A stretch of DNA of 64,000 nucleotides. It comes from Sphagnum compactum. Lineage: Eukaryota. The position numbers were made by a program, and so were the translations under genes. Under the pieces are notes generated by a model. The model saw only the letters and a list, made by a program, of their open reading frames with translations. It ran no database searches and was not told the DNA's origin. The number at the start of each line of letters is the position of its first letter. The first letter of the stretch is position 1. Below, piece after piece: positions 61,753 to 64,000 of the stretch. Location of the stretch: the NCBI GenBank assembly GCA_965153455.1, contig OZ234493.1, positions 34,648,213 to 34,712,212 on the forward strand, in the 5' to 3' direction.

Positions 61753-62387
61753 CTAGCTTCCACATATTGATGTGGTGGAAGCATGGTCTGAAATTTTGTG
61801 CAAATTCTTTCACAAGTATGTGTTCAGTGCTTGCTCTTCCACCACCACATTGCTTTTACTTTTCTGTGTTTTGAGGATTGGATATGACCAAAACATGGGT
61901 TTAAAATCAATTCACAAATTCAATGCTTTATTCAAGATATAGCTACTCCAGCAGTAAAGGAAGGGTATATCGTGCTAATATCATAAGGAGAAAAGGAACT
62001 CAAGTCTCACACATGCCCAGCTTTCCACTAGCTTCTTTATTTTCATTTTCCAAAAATTTCTTGCCATGTGCAGAATACCATTTGCCCATGCAAGCCGTGT
62101 CTACTTTGTGTAGATTCATTCCACTCCAGATGGTTAAAAACAATTCATTCTCCTTTACCTTCCACTCCAGACGGTTCAAAACAATTCATTCTCTTTTACA
62201 TTCAAGTGAACTTTTTTCAAAGAACAAAATTTTGAAAAGGAAAATGAAGAATTTTTTGAAATTGTCTGTTTTTTTTTTTTTCATAATGGAATTTCAAATT
62301 TAATTAATTATTCAATAAGCATGTGCTGAAGGTGCCCTTGTACTACCTAGTTCATAGCAATTATCAAAAGAATTAAGACTACTTATC

Positions 62388-63340
62388 AGTGTTGGGTGGT
62401 TAGTTGTGCATGTAGATGGTTTAGGACTTACATTCCAAGTAAGTGTAAATTTCACAAAGAAATTTATTTACAATTCGTGGAAGTGTAAGTGTTTAATATT
62501 CATCTATGTTTGTGTAGGTGTAAATGTAAAACATGAAACCTATAAATGTAACTATAAAATTGTGTAAAGTTATTTTATATTGTGTAAAACAATGTAAATG
62601 TAAACATAAATACATTTATATGGTTTTACATGATTGTGCAAGTGTAAAACAAATATATTTATATGATTTTACACAATCATGTAAAATAGTGTAAGTATAT
62701 AACAATGTAATAAATGTGATTTTTACTTGGGGAGGGGAGGATTTCATAATGTTTTTGACGATGGACCAACCAAATGACCCCAAAGAATATATATATAATC
62801 AAAACATTTGTGCTTTGGGATACACCACAACTAATTTAATAAATGAATCACAATAAGTACAATAAATACCTAAGCTCTTATAAAAGCTACAATAAGTAGT
62901 ACTAGTAATAAAAGTTATACTCAAGCAATGGTGGGGGAAAATGTTCATTTACAATATTTCTTGGAATAACACAACCATAATCCCATATTGGTAGAAAATG
63001 TGAATGTTTGGGGAGTATCAAAGTATCATTATTTTTGTGAAGGACAAATCAAAATGGTTCATTGTAATAAATAAAAAAAAAGCTTTGAAATGCACCCACA
63101 ACCAACTAATATGGATTTGCAAGAAAGTATTGTCATTAAATGCATATAATATATTCACTTTCATTTACATGCCCCAAAACATTTACACAAGGTTGTGTAA
63201 ATGTATTTGACAAACATTTACATTGCCTTATATAGCCTCGTGTAAATGTAAAAAAATTATGTGGAAATGTAAATGATTTACATTTACATGGGATTTACAT
63301 AATGTATATGTAATTATTGGCACTTACACGCACAACATTA
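62388..63340. repeat. Dispersed repeat rich in tgtaaa(t) units (hAT-like left end cagtgttggg); related tract at ~27780-27960
   Basis: Dense tgtaaa/tttaca motifs read directly. Confidence 0.5.
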
Positions 63341-64000
63341 GTGATTACTTGGTTTTGTCAATTAGAACTTCCAATTTTAATTACCAAGTACATTCACAAT
63401 TGGGGTACACAAAGGGAATGTCTCGTTCCAAAATCACTCTCAAACCACTATTTTGAATGACCACTACACTTATGATATAATTTCTTTGATAGAATTTTTT
63501 TTTTCATTAGATACTCATATACTTCTTGATTAAAATGGTGATGATGTTTTGTGATTTGAATGATTAAAACATGTCCTTGAGTGTCTTGAAAGATGATTCA
63601 AAAACTACATGTCCCAATACGTAATTTTATCAAAAAGGACTCAACAAAACTAACAATATTTATTCAAATTGCTCCATGTTTTGACCACAAATAGAATAAA
63701 ATATGTTCTATATGATGCCACAAATTTTTAGTATGATAAATCACCAAATTTTGTGGAATTGATGTTGGAATCTTGGATTTTTTCATATAACAAATGCATT
63801 GATAAAGACAATCAAATTAATTTTGTTAATTACAAATTTACATTCCAAAGGTTTGGAAAGAAGTATAGGAAATGTGGGTGCAAAAATCAAAACAATATTT
63901 GATGTTTTTAATAGGGTTTTGGCATTTCAAATGAAAGTATATCATTTTGGAATGTCAAAGTAGTCTTGCATTCCTTTTTGGTTTATACTTGAATAGGACA

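Overview
Eukaryotic, AT-rich, CpG-depleted land-plant nuclear DNA. The repeat families and gene style suggest a moss such as Sphagnum (inference). Four intact protein-coding genes could be reconstructed by hand: a single-exon F-box/kelch-like gene (-, 3997-5628), a 3-exon cationic amino acid transporter of CAT2/3/4 type (+, 17799-20399), a convergent 12-exon GH37 trehalase with a GC-AG first intron and a uORF (-, 21069-25361), and a 4-exon PRXL2B/prostamide-prostaglandin F synthase-like thioredoxin-fold gene (-, 52241-53906). A fifth promoter/5'UTR probably lies near 58.5 kb. The rest is transposon debris (decayed Copia, non-LTR fragment, Helitrons, hAT, Tourist- and Stowaway-like MITEs, foldbacks) plus a ~160 bp mitochondrial 18S rRNA insertion. 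The most striking structure is a 7.9 kb cassette array at 35919-43820. Five different CAGTGTT-ended hAT-type elements are stacked end to end there, and each is delimited by the same 8-bp target GTTCAAAC (six copies), indicating repeated integration into one self-amplifying target site.
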